DNA of 64,000 nucleotides from Podarcis muralis (taxonomy: Eukaryota): positions 27,776,001 to 27,840,000 of the forward strand of contig NC_135659.1 of NCBI RefSeq assembly GCF_964188315.1. The letters run 5' to 3'. A program made the position numbers and the translations under genes. Numbering within the stretch: the first letter of the stretch is position 1; each line of letters begins with the position of its first letter. The notes beneath the pieces were generated by a model that was not told where the DNA came from, ran no database searches, and saw nothing but the letters and a program-made list of their open reading frames with translations. Shown here piece after piece: positions 1 through 12,547 of this stretch.

Positions 1-32
1 AATGCTTCCTCATAGCTTTATTAATGTACATG

Positions 33-68
<36 letters not shown>

Positions 69-714
69 ACACTAATTCCAGTATTTCTGAAACTTGGATA
101 TAAGCACACAAAAAAGGTTCTGTGCCTAATGTTTTAATTCTGTTCAATATTCATATTCACACACACACACAATCAAATAAAGAAAACTTTACCCTATTTT
201 TTCCTGTGGCATCTGGTGTTTGCTGAAGAGGAAATAAGTTTATGGGCTGAGATGATGAGAAAATGTGAAGTACTCTTGCAGGACTGAGCTGGGAGCGTTG
301 ACGATAGTCGTGGGTTAAGACTGTTATGCATCAGTTGCTTACAACCCAAATTGTTTCACTGCCAGTTCATTACTGAATGACAGCACAGAAGCAACAAGAA
401 TGCGACTGTAATCATGATATTACAGACTCGCTCATCATGCTCTCAAGATGAACACCTCTGTCTTCTCAAATTTTTTATAGAGCCTCCATACATGATGAAG
501 CTGAAATGTTCCTGCAGTCAAAATGGTTGGGTGATGAGCAAGACCTTCCACCTGAGACCCAGGAGAGGCACTGCCAGTCAGAGTGGACATTATGGGGCTG
601 GATGGACAAATAGACTGGCCTGGCACCCTATGTTCCATGTCTGCATATTAAATTTAAGTTAAATTGAATAATTAACCATGAATTCAATGTTGTTGAATAT
701 AAATATTCAGCATA

Positions 715-956
715 CAGTGGTACCTCGGGTTAAGTACTTAATTCGTTTTGGAGGTCCGTACTTAACCTGAAACTGTTCTTAACCTGAAGCACCATTTTAG
801 CTAATGGGGCCTCGTGCTGCCGCTGTACCGCTGGAGCACGATTTCTGTTCTCATCCTGAAGCAAAGTTCTTAACCTGAAGCACTATTTCTGGGTTAGCGG
901 AGTCTGTAACCTAAAACGTATGTAACCTGAAGCATATGTAACCTGAGGTACCACTG
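715..956. mobile_element. Tigger-like (Tc1/mariner) MITE
   Basis: TA|CAGTGGTACCTCGGGTTA ... ACCTGAGGTACCACTG|TA. Confidence 0.9.
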
Positions 957-1234
957 TACCACCAAGTCATAGAGTGGAATTCAGGGCTACACTATGATCA
1001 ATGTTTCTCCAGTAGAAGCACTGCACCTAGCCAGATAGAATGATCCCTCATCTCCTCCCTCTGGTATTTCCCGACATGCACATGCAGCCAATTTGGGGGT
1101 GCATGCAGTGGGTGGAGAGGAGGAAAAGCCCCATTGTGCAAGCAGAAGTCCTTCCACAGGGCTTCCACTCACACGGCTCATTAGTTGGATACAACCCTTT
1201 GAGCAGGACTCACCTAAGTATTACTCAATTAGCT

Positions 1235-1500
1235 TCAATTGGGAAAATAGCTTCTACCAAAGGCATCATAGACTTTGAAGAAGGATAAAAGTGAGAAACG
1301 AGCTAAGAGGAAGGCACATTCGGCAAATCTTCACCGTGATCAACTCCTGCCCGTAAACCTATGTCCCCACTTTGGAAAGAGGTGTGGCTTCAGAATTGGC
1401 CTCCATAGTCACTTGTGGACACACCGTTAAGGCCGTGTTCATGGAAGACAATCTTACTTGGCTACGAGTGATTGCCAAAGAAGAGGATGACTCAACAGGA
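1235..1500 (+). mobile_element. Degraded RTE-clade LINE 3' end (C2H2-type C-terminus)
   Basis: Frameshifted KGIIDFEEG...KRAKRKAH...NLCPHFGKRCGFRIGLHSHLWTH resembles the CPxCxRxxxSRIGLxSHxRxH end of RTE-1-type ORFs. Confidence 0.7.
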
Positions 1501-4500
1501 GACCTACATTGAAACCTGGAGTCTTTATTCAGATAGGGCTGGGGAAAAATCCAGCCTGAAATCCTGGAGAAAATACTGAGCTAGATAGAAGAATTGTGTG
1601 AGTCACTATAAGGCAGTGTCCTACGTTTTGTCTCTTACAGGCCTTCGGATATTTATTTATCTGGTCATTTAATATATATATAAAAATAATGGCCTGCCCT
1701 TTGTCTGTAAATCTCAGGATAGGTTGCAACAGTAATTACGGAAATCAGTTTACAACCATCACCCCATGGTCGGCAGCTATCTGAAGACAGCTATCGTGTC
1801 TTCCCTGAATCTTCTGTTCTCCAGGCTAAACATGCATTGTTTAGATTGAGGGAAAACTAAAAGTCTTGCCTGTGGACCCAGCTGGTTGGCATGTGGGTTC
1901 GTCAGAGGTGGTGACGGGATGAGTCAGCACTCTGGGGCCTTGGCATCCATCCTGGAATGTCAGGTGCCGACTCTGGGATTGTGCTTTTCATGCAGGACGG
2001 ATATTGCGACCACACACACAAAGTGCAAGTTACACCAATTTCCTAAAGGACATGCTTCTCAGTATGAGTTCTTAGGTCTGAAGAATGAAGAAAAGGTCAA
2101 GGAATATGTACAACAACCTTAAGCTATTATTTAGTATCGTGATTTATCATCCCTTGTTTAGGGGTGAGATGACGATGTTTGTCACCACAGAGTCTTTTCA
2201 TATAGTGAGAGACTGGCTTAAAAATATATATCTGTTTTTCAGGTTCTACAGCAGCCCTCCATGCTTTCGGCAGGCTACTCATCTTTATTAAAGCTGAAAG
2301 CTTGGTCTGCATGTTTATCCACTTATCTTTAAAAAATAATAAACCTGCAAATATTTTTGAGAAGACTTGCAGAGCTGCTCCAGGGATCAGAGTGGGTAAG
2401 GGGCTGGTGACATTATAGCATTGGCCAATAAATGACCTCCACAAATTCATCTTCCCCATTCTGTATCCTGCCTGCTAAACTGTTTTGTGTTAAGCGCTTG
2501 CATAGGAGCTGAAGAAATGCATGTGTTTACAGAACAGCAAAACTGCCTCCATTGGTCAAAAAATGGCACATTTGTACATGCCGTTACTGAACCTCTCAGG
2601 AAGTCTGGGAAGGAACTTAGTAATTTCTTACTACCCTGTGATGTCATACAGTCAGTTTTATGGGTACACAGGAGACCTGGTGGGTCTGTTATATCCAAAT
2701 CCAATAAAACTATTCACTGTTACGCCAACCCCATTAAATAAAATTAAATGAATGTTCAAATAATGAACGAATAACTAAATAATAAAAGACCAATAGATTC
2801 TTCAAATTAATATTAGCATCTATCTACTCAATAAATATATTATTAGGACACGTTTCATCAAAATTAATTCCAGGGTGGTTTACAACAAGAACAAATTATA
2901 TAATATACATGTGCCTGTATACACTAACAAAGACCACACAAAACCCAGCAGATAGAAAATCAGGAACACTGTGGCGAATGGTTCAGTAAGAAAAAGTTTT
3001 ATAACTAGCATTAAAAGGTAACAACGTTGGCATCCACATGCATTTGCAAATTATTATTTTTTTGTCCTATGAAAAGTCATCAGTATTTTAATGTGTATTT
3101 CTGATATACAAAGCTTGGAATGTGATTTTTGCCTAACATACACCTATTTACAAAGCAATTTTATCTAGTATGCTGCTTTTTTGGTATGGTATTTTACTAA
3201 TGAATGCATTTTTTAGGCACATGTTCCCCTACCATTTATGGATTTTTGTACACATAACTGGGGGGGACTGGACCGCATTTCAAATTTCCCAGGACTGAGA
3301 ATGTCAAAGGATGGCTCTGTTTCAGTTCTTGTATTGCTTTGGAACGTGCAAATTAGTTAGGTTCACCTTTAAATGAGAACTGATTTAATTTTTTCCCTCA
3401 TCCCTCTTTGTGACCCTCCAGATGTTGTTGAATTCCAATCAGCCCAAGCTAGCACAGCCAATCCAGGATCAAGGGTGATGGGAGTTGTAGTCTACTAACA
3501 TCTGGAAGGCTACAATTTAGCCACTCCTTGCTTAGGTTACAACCGTGGTTGTCTTAGTTTTGTTTGAATGTCTGCTTTTGGTTTGAAAGCTTATTCTTTA
3601 CTTAATTGTTTTTCAAACAGTGTTCTTCTTTTGTTACCTGCCATGATGTAGCACACATAGAGTGACACTCCATTACATCTGCATAATTGGATTGTTAGAA
3701 ATCAACACCTTATATACTGGATTCCTAAAGTAACACTAAATTTCACTGAAGTAAAATATCGCTTGCTATTTACAAACTGTGAAACTATGTACCATTGGGG
3801 GGGGGATCTCCATACATAAGGTGCGTGGAACAGCGTTCCTAAATAATCCCCAGTTGTTAAAGGGGCAGGTTGTGGAAAATGATATATGTAAGAATGAAGA
3901 TGCAAGGCATAGCTTATAGTCCCCGAGTTACACAATGAATTACATGGAAATCTCTAACGAATATGACAATCAAAATCTCAGATGCAAAGCACAGCGTATC
4001 ACGGAGCTTTCTTCATTAAAAATGGTCTACCGCTGATCTGAATAAAGGGCAAATAAGGTCAGCAGGGATGAGGCATAATTATTTTAAGCGTCAGTTTTCA
4101 AAATACAGAAGTGCAGTGAGAATGAGTAAGATTCCAATAAATTAATAGGATGCTTCCCAGAATCTTTTTGGCTACTGCACTGCTGTAACATGTCCCTGAG
4201 TTGTTAAATAGGGAGAGGCTGAAATCCTATACTTACTGGGGCGGAAGGGCTACTGTTAATGTTAATTATATATTTTTTCGTAAACTGGGCAATGCAAGAA
4301 GTTAGCCCCTTCAAAAAGGCAACCTAAATTTTGCAGCCTGGATGTGCCTGAACTGGCCACTCACAAGCCTGCAGGAGTTTCTTCAGCTCCATTTATAAGA
4401 GCTGGAGTACAGGATGCACCAGGTTAACCGCCTGTGAGGGAATGGGAATATGCGGTCAATGTGCACATCTATTTTGGTGGAAGACAGTGGCATAGCATGG

Positions 4501-5248
4501 GTTGGAGGGCCACGCGGAGGGAGGGAAAGGGACAGAGTATGCATGTGCATTCAACTGCCTAACAGTGTCTGTGTCACCCAGGAGATCCCATCTGCAGAGA
4601 TAAGAAAAGAGGAGTCATTCTGTTGTCCGGAGGGGTCACTTCTTGGATTGCATGGAGAAGCTGCTTTCATCGGAGCCCAGCAATGGAAGCATGCAACTGT
4701 ATTGAGGCAGCATTGAGTGTTGAAATTTTGTGCACCTAACAATTTTGCTCCTGGGGCAACCGAACCTGTGCCACCCCCCCATGCTACACCACTGTTGGAA
4801 GATGCCTGCTAATTGACGTATGCGTGTACCAGAGAGCAAATCATTGTCATGAGGAATAAAGATTGGACATGCACAATCAAAAGAAATATTAGTGCATGAC
4901 AAGAAAGTTAACTTCTTGTCACAGCTCTCATAGATAATCAAAATGTTCAATTGCGTAATGGTTTAAATTAATTGACTTTCAAAACTTCTGATCAACTAAA
5001 AAGGTCACCTGAAAACAGGAGATGGCAAACTTCACCTTCTAAGAACACTTAGGATAACCCACCTTCTAAGATGGTATCTGCTGAAATAAACACGTGCTGA
5101 ACTTAAAACAAGGATGCAGCATCTTTGGGCGAGATGTTGCTGAACTGCAACTCTCATCATCCCTGACCATAGTAGACCATGGAAGGTGGGGGAAAGATGG
5201 GAGTCAGAGTCCAAAATCTGAAGGGCGACAGATCCCTGATGTAAATAA

Positions 5249-5298
<50 letters not shown>

Positions 5299-7097
5299 TT
5301 GTTTGCTTCAGAACTACTGCTTTACTTATATGCAAATACAAATTAATTAATGAATCAACTAAAACCCACGTGAGTAATGACTAAGATGGTGACACAGCCT
5401 TGATTAAAATCATTCTTTCTAAACAAGTAGATTAAAACCATTCTTTCTAAACAAGAACTTCTGTTTCCCAGTCTGTTCTGAACTCCTTTCTGCTTAATAG
5501 CTAGTTGACAACAAGAGTGAGCCATAAATGAACACAATGAATGCAGCTATTTTTTGCAGATTTGTCACAGTGGAAAAGAAAAACTCTGCATCTATTGTGT
5601 TTCATAGTTATTGGTGCTCCCCCCCCCCCTTCAGTGATTTTCCAATTGAGGACTGCCTGCCCAAGAACTCCTCTATATGACCTGTTTATTGAGCATTCAT
5701 ACAGATTTGCTTGCACAAAGCTTATGCAGAGGTTATATGGTGTCTGTGGTTTATTGAGCATTTGTTCCAATTTATTTGTGGGGATGTTATATGACAAATA
5801 ACATTCATCCTGATTTTTTTATGTAGAGGTTTTCAGTTTCCCCATCTGTCTATTGGGTTTAGTGCATTTCCCATCCTTTTCCTAATCATATAAAGTCAGT
5901 ATTTTTAAAAAGTGGATTTGTTGCAACATAACACGTTAATCCACTTTAATTGTGCAAACTTAACTTCCTGGTGCGTGACTGAATTCCTCCCATAAACGGT
6001 CTGGAGACAACCCGAAATTACCAATGAAATAAGAATGCTAGTCAAAGTAAGAGTGAATATATACTGTAACATACATTAAAGTAGCACTTCTAAGAAATGT
6101 TACTAAATAAAAGGAGAAAAAACTAAGCAACTAGACCCTAGTTGCCATTTGGCCATTATCTTAGTGTTCAGTTAGCCTCCATCCCTAAAATGAAAGTAAA
6201 AAAAATGGTCCATTTCAAAAGGGTGTTTGTTGTACGGGAAACAAAATGAAATGGTACTAAGTACTTTCCATATTACAAGTGCAGTTAAACAATTCTATAA
6301 TAAGCGATTGCAATGCATTTATGCAATGGACAATTTTGAATATGCATTTCACTAGTGCAATTCAAATATTCTACAGTGCTTTAGACATAACAAAAGTTGA
6401 GGTGTGGGGAGAGAGAAAGATATGGAAAGCTTGCTCTGAATTTAAAGAACTGCCCTTCTCTGCCATTGAAGAAAATTCTTCCACCAGCAAATTCCGGCTG
6501 ACTGCTATGATGAATGCTTTATCACTAAGATCCAGGCTCCCTTTAAAACAGTGATTATTATTCTTGTCATGACCCCTCCGGTCATCAAATCATAGGGTCT
6601 TTTGTCATGAAACAACTGTCCAATAAGGAATAATCTAGGGGAAAGCCTGTAGCATAATATCTTCTACCTCTTTATAGTCACAGTAGGAGTTGGAAAAATC
6701 TACTCCTTCAAGTTATTGCTTGCTTAAACCCTTTTTTTGGAGGGGAATATATCTTTAATTATGTGACATAAGAAACTGGGCTTTTCAAGTTCCAGAGCAG
6801 TTGGAAAAGAACAGTTTCTGTTTCAAAACAACCTGAAAGTACTCTCAAGATTCAGCAAAGGTTCAGATCTACACAGATACTAATAGTCTGGCATATTTCC
6901 CAAATAAGCATGGCAAGAACCTGCCCCAGTGGGACAGGTGGAGAAATTAAACCTCATTTGAATTTTGCACTATTTGGATCAGACCGAGAGCAGGTCCTAC
7001 TCAAGAACTACAGTGCAGTTGCCTAGACAAAACCATTTCAAAAGCAAGGCTTGTTTACAGTAGGTTCTCAGATGGCCTCACCCAAGATATAATGCTA

Positions 7098-7165
7098 TTA
7101 TTATATTATATTATATTATATTATATTATATTATATTATATTATAATTATATTATATTATATCAC
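7098..7165. repeat. (ATTAT)n microsatellite
   Basis: Direct reading. Confidence 0.9.
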
Positions 7166-7822
7166 TATTGTATCTTGTTGTTTATATCTACCTATTTACC
7201 TATCTATCATATCTATTTATATAATAAAAATTATCACTACTTAAATGCATATATAGTTGTGCTGCAACATTCAGAAATGTTGTTGTTTCAATGCCATGCT
7301 ATGCATTTTGTGTTTTCATACTGTAAACTGCCCTTTGGTCTTTAGATGAAGGGCAGTATATAAATTTAATAATTATATTTATATTAGCCACGGCTTCTAC
7401 TTTAATTTACTACAGAAGTAATAAAAGGTGACTTATTGCTTTTGACTTTCTTGAGCTCTATTCACTTAGAAGAAAGCTCCATTATGGCCAGAGCCCCATA
7501 ACCTAGTTATACCTGCAATCCAGAGCATCACGCATGCAAAGGCCTCCCATTTTCTGCCACCAAATACTCCACTTGAACACGGCTTCTTCTATTTATTATC
7601 TGTGCCGAGAATTTTCCCATCTCACAGACTATGAAGCTACATGACTCTGTCATACTTTCATGTTCAATTATATATGAAATATCCCACCAGCTTTTCAGGC
7701 TGTAGTTGGCTTGCAACAATGCACAGAACACCATACAATGATAAGAAAGCAATTAAAAACCACACCATCAAAACAACAACAACACATTAAACAGCAGCAA
7801 TAAAAATCTATAGGATCATATT

Positions 7823-8270
7823 ATCATAGAATGGTAGAGTTGGAAGGTACTCTGAGGGTCATCTAGTCCAGTGTTTCCCAACCTTGGGCCTCCAGCTGTT
7901 TTTGGACTACAACTCCCATCATCCCTAGCTAGCAAGACCAGTGGTCAGGGATGATGGGAATTGTAGTTCAAAAACAGCTGGAGGCCCAAGGTTGGGAAAC
8001 ACTGATCTAGTCCAACCCCATGAAACACAGGAAAATCAACTAAAGCATCCATGACAGATGGTCGTTCAGCCTCTGCTTAAAAACCTTCCAAAAAAAAGAG
8101 AGTCTGCCACCACTCGAGGGAGACTGTTCCACTGTCAAACAGCTCTTAGTGTCAAAAAGCTCTTCCTGATATTTAGTCAAAATCTCCTTTCTTGTAACTT
8201 CAAGCCGTTAGCTTGTTTTTATTTTTTACTGGTGCATCACATTGCTGACTCACATTAAATTTGTGGTCTA
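7823..8270 (-). mobile_element. CR1 LINE 3' fragment (interrupted by a hAT MITE)
   Basis: Plus-strand ATCATAGAATGGTAGAGTTGGAAGG...CCTCTGCTTAAAAACC...GACTGTTCCACTGTCAAACAGCTCTTA is the reverse of a CR1 3' end. Confidence 0.8.
7869..8004. mobile_element. Palindromic hAT MITE inserted into a CR1 3' end
   Basis: TIR CAGTGTTTCCCAACCTTGGGCCTCCAGCTG. Perfect 8-bp TSD ATCTAGTC (7861-7868 and 8005-8012). Confidence 0.93.
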
Positions 8271-8277
8271 CTATGAC

Positions 8278-8527
8278 TCCTAGCTTCTGCCAACCTAGCA
8301 GTTCGAAAGCATGTCAAAGTGCAAGTAGATAAATAGGTACCACTCCAGCAGGAAGGTAAACAGCGTTTCTGTGTGCTGCTCTGGTTCGCCAGAAGTGGCT
8401 TAGTCATGCTGACCACATGACCCGGAAGCTGTACGCCGGCTCCCTCGGCCAATAAAGCGAGATGAGCACCGCAACCCCAGAGTCAGTCACGACTGAACCT
8501 AATGGCCAGGGGTCCCCTTTACCCTTA
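8278..8527 (+). mobile_element. 5'-truncated Sauria SINE
   Basis: Central and 3' core ending GGGGTCCCCTTTACCCTTA. Confidence 0.85.
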
Positions 8528-8737
8528 ATACTCCTAGATCCCAAAATGACTGTTCTATGGTGCCTGGCCAAGCAAAAGCATCTTAAATGTTTCTACTTGG
8601 ATGTTCCAGAGGTGGGGGCTGCTACCAAGGATGCCCTGCCTGCCCTAATTGTGGTGCCAGGCCATTGCTCTGTAAATTATAATGCAAAACTGATGGACCA
8701 TTAAAAAGTAAGGAGTTACAGTTTCAGAGGCTCAGTA

Positions 8738-8990
8738 GGAGCCAGTGTGGTGTAGTGGTTCAGAGCGGTGGACTCGTAATCTGGTGAACCGGGTTCGCTT
8801 CCCTGCTCCTCCACGTGCAGCTGCTGGGTGACCTTGGGCTAGTCACACTTCTCTGAAGTCTCTCAGCCTCACTCACCTCACAAGAGTGTTTGTTGTGGGG
8901 GAGGAAGGGAAAGGAGATTGTTAGCCGCTTTGAGACTCCTTAGGGTAGTGATAAAGCGGGATATCAAATCCAAACTCATCATCATCATCA
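8738..8990 (+). mobile_element. tRNA-derived SINE (Squam3-like)
   Basis: A-box TGGTGTAGTGG, B-box-like GGTTCGCTTCC, body GGGTGACCTTGGGCTAGTCAC, (CAT)n tail. Confidence 0.82.
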
Positions 8991-9785
8991 CATACCTATA
9001 TTTTGCTAGGCACTGTACTCCCCGCCCCCCAAAAACCCATACACAACATTCCTGGCCTGAAGGCTTGTAATCTAAAAGACAACTCAAAAGAAAAAAATGT
9101 GGAAAGGGGGAGAATGGGAAAGCCAGCAACTTCAGGCACAAATTCGTCAAAAAGTTATAGAAGTATTAAATGGCCAGGTAGAATGGTCGCAGAGGAAAGG
9201 AGAGGCCAAATGGCAATTGGCTCAAGCCAAGCTGAAGAAGCAAGCCGCACTGTCCCAGCCCTCTCTCCAGGTGGCTGGGTTTCAGCATCAGCTAGGTGAG
9301 TTTCAGCATCAGCTAGGTGACCAGGTGGCTACTAATAGATGAAGATGAGGAGGAGCCAAATAGCAGATGGTCCCAGCTGAGCAAAACAAAACTAAATCAC
9401 AAAGAATCAAGTTCTGGCAGTAGGCAGTCTTGCCTGACGAATGCTGACCACAAAGGCAGAAAAACAGGACATCAAGTCAGAGCAGCACAGGATTGTATGA
9501 TGCAGTCTTACAGGACAATAGAAGCCGAGTCAGATCAACGGCCCACCTGGCTTAGTATTGTTTACACTAACCAGCAGCAGCCCTCTGGGGTTTCAGACAG
9601 GGAGCCTCACCCAGCCCTACCAGGAGATGCTGGGGACTGAAGCTGGGACCTTCTGCATGCAAAGCAGTTGCCATACCACTGACCTATGGGCCTCCCTCCC
9701 AAATATGTTATGATAACATGTAAAGGGGTAAAGAGCTTTGGTCATGACTGGCAGCACCCCTGCCACAATAAAGGTGAATATTAAA

Positions 9786-10152
9786 AAAGTAAAGGTAAAG
9801 GACCCCTGACAGTTAAGTCCAGCCGCAGATGACTCTGAGGTTGCGGCGCTCATCTCACTTTACAGGCTGAGGGAGCCGACGTTTGTCCGCAGACAGTGTT
9901 TCCGGGTCATGTGGCTAGCACGACTAAGCCGCTTCTGGCGAAACCAAAGCAGCGCATGGAAATGCCATTTACCTTCCCGCTGGAGCAGTACCTATTTATC
10001 TACTTGCATTGGTGTGCTTTCAAACTGCTAGGTTGGCAGGAGCTGGAACCAAGCAATGGGAGCTCACCCCGTCATGGGGATTCGAACTGCCGACCTTCCA
10101 ATTGGCAAGCCCTAGGCTCAGTGGTTTGGAGACCACAGCGCCACCCGCATTC
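9786..10152 (-). mobile_element. Sauria SINE
   Basis: Reverse complement of the 19768 element, with AAAGGTAAAGG tail. Confidence 0.88.
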
Positions 10153-11025
10153 AAGGTGAGTATTAGAAGGAGTTAAAGCTCACATTATGAGCTTGTTGTT
10201 TCAGGAACTTTCTTAGCACTTCAGCATTAAAGGTTATGCAAAGAAATGAATCAAAAAATAATAGAAAAGGGCCACAAATAGGCTGGTTTACCCCCAGAAT
10301 TTTTCCACATGACCATACACACCATGAGCCAGCATTTATCACCATGAACCTAGTTTCTGGAGGGAAAGCAGACCAAGCCTATCTACCTGCGTCTGTGATC
10401 GTGGAGAAAGATTTGGTAGCAAACGACTTCAACAAACGCAAACACAAAAATTGGGATCGGAAGGCTTGCCACCACAAGTCATTTGTTTCCTCATCGTTTG
10501 CCTCGCTGCTGCTCTTCCTGACGACGCAAAAACCCAAGGCTCTTTCCTTGAAACATCCCATCTATTAATCTAACCCTAAGCCATGAAAAATATGTGTGTG
10601 TGTGGGGGGGGGAATGTATCGAGTGAAGCTACACTTAGTGCGAAGGGGTTGATGGAACATACAGAGATGTTATGTATGGCAAGAGGTAGAAGGGGGTAAG
10701 GGTTCGTCGTTAATAGGAAAAGATGTCAAAAAAATTGAAACATAATAATAGTGCAATTTATCCTTGCTAAACGTACTGCAGTGCACTGTAATTAAATATG
10801 AAAACCTAAATTTATCTCTGTGTTCGGCTGTCATTAATTTAACAGGGAATGCACATGTTGTAATCTAATGGCTGATTCCACCAGTTCCCCTCCCAACGCG
10901 CAGCATATTAAAATGTATATTAGCCTCAAGGTGCATAAACACAAAATAATAGGGCAAAGGTTTTGGTGTGTGGAGTAGGGGAGAAAAAAATCCATGCTCA
11001 AAGGCCGTCAAGTAGCTGGTGATGC

Positions 11026-11374
11026 NNNNNNNNNNNNNNNNNNNNNNNNNNNNNNNNNNNNNNNNNNNNNNNNNNNNNNNNNNNNNNNNNNNNNNNNNNN
11101 NNNNNNNNNNNNNNNNNNNNNNNNNNNNNNNNNNNNNNNNNNNNNNNNNNNNNNNNNNNNNNNNNNNNNNNNNNNNNNNNNNNNNNNNNNNNNNNNNTGG
11201 GAGCCACGTNNNNNNNNNNNNNNNNNNNNNNNNNNNNNNNNNNNNNNNNNNNNNNNNNNNNNNNNNNNNNNNNNNNNNNNNNNNNNNNNNNNNNNNNNNN
11301 NNNNNNNNNNNNNNNNNNNNNNNNNNNNNNNNNNNNNNNNNNNNNNNNNNNNNNNNNNNNNNNNNNNNNNNNNN
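11026..11374. other. Assembly gap (two N runs separated by 12 bp of sequence)
   Basis: N at 11026-11197 and 11210-11374; island TGGGAGCCACGT at 11198-11209. Confidence 0.98.
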
Positions 11375-11570
11375 GGGTATGACCAGGCCGTTGTTGTAAG
11401 TAAAACAAACTGGAGAGTACAAAAAAGAATTATGTATTTTTGGCAGGGCTTGACTTATTTTTAAATCCTTTTGCATCAGGAGCTGGATTTTTCTGGCACC
11501 GTCTCCAACGCCAGCAGTGAACACACTAAAACTGCCAAAGCTAAAGAGTTAACTGGAATACATTGCTGTT

Positions 11571-11573
<3 letters not shown>

Positions 11574-11623
<50 letters not shown>
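11574..11623. repeat. (CT)n microsatellite
   Basis: Direct reading. Other dinucleotide arrays lie at ~35-66, 5249-5294, 13955-14015, 22591-22630, 48037-48075, 56468-56510 and 60358-60405. Confidence 0.9.
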
Positions 11624-11624
<1 letters not shown>

Positions 11625-12115
11625 ATGGCTGTGTTTACTAGCTGAAAAAGACAAAATCTTAAAACACAGCACTCCCAGCAAATGTAACACACAGCCCACG
11701 AAGGCACACACAGATTAAATCATTTTAAAACTCACCTCGCAATCATTTTAGCATCCTTTGTTTAAAAGTTGCTGCTGAAAATAGCTTGGCGCTTTGCAAG
11801 AAGTACATTTTATAACAACCCACAATCTCACGAAGGGGTCCTAGATAGGGACAGTGCACACACACACAAACACACTGTGCATACAGCACCTCCTCCTCAC
11901 CCCCAGACTGGTATGGGCACAAGCTTTAGGATCGCGAATACATAACATGCAGAATCTTCACTGATATCGGTCTCATGTGAGTGTTCATCCCTGGGCACAA
12001 ACTCGCTATATTCAGATTCCATTTGACACAATCAAGGATGGGCAACTTGGACAGAGGCGCATGCTAATGGGCGCGTTCACTCGTGACATTCCTGGGAGGT
12101 TGGGGGGGGGGCTTG

Positions 12116-12450
12116 CAGACCTTCCAAGTGTCCTGGATTTACAGAAACCAGCCCGGTTTCTGATTTGATCCCGGAATGTCCCCCTTTTCCTTAGGATGTC
12201 CCTATTTTCATCAGGGAAATCTTGGAGGGTGTGGCAGGAAATTCTTATTTTCATCAGAGAAATGTTGGAGGCTATGGAGCTATGCAACCCCCGAGCCAAG
12301 GAGATAAGTAACTATACAACCTTTAGAAGACATCTGAAGGCAGCCCTGTATAGGGAAGTTGTTTAATGCTCATTATGTCTTTATATATGTTGGAAGCTGC
12401 CCAGAGTGGTTAGGGCAGATGGGAGAGGTCAGATAGGCGAGATATTATTA

Positions 12451-12501
<51 letters not shown>

Positions 12502-12547
12502 TGAATAGGACTAGCATATTTTCATCAGAGAAATGTTGGAAGGTATG
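12116..12547. mobile_element. Composite DNA-transposon-like element containing an L2 3' end and (ATT)n tract
   Basis: Ends CAGACCTTCCAA ... TTGGAAGGTATG. Three copies of a TATTTTCATCAG.GAAAT.TTGGA.G motif surround an L2-like block CTTTAGAAGACATCTGAAGGCAGCC...GCTGCCCAGAGTGG. A related copy ends at 60181. Confidence 0.6.

Noticed and set aside
5402-5457. 28-bp tandem duplication (similar small ones at ~27471-27514 and ~54430-54452)
   Set aside because: Ordinary slippage duplications with no associated feature.
8738-8810. tRNA gene (also 19768-19850 and 63463-63535)
   Set aside because: The A/B boxes continue into SINE bodies with tails, and no complete cloverleaf is present.
10865-11524. ORFs containing long X runs
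   Set aside because: Artefact of translating N gaps.
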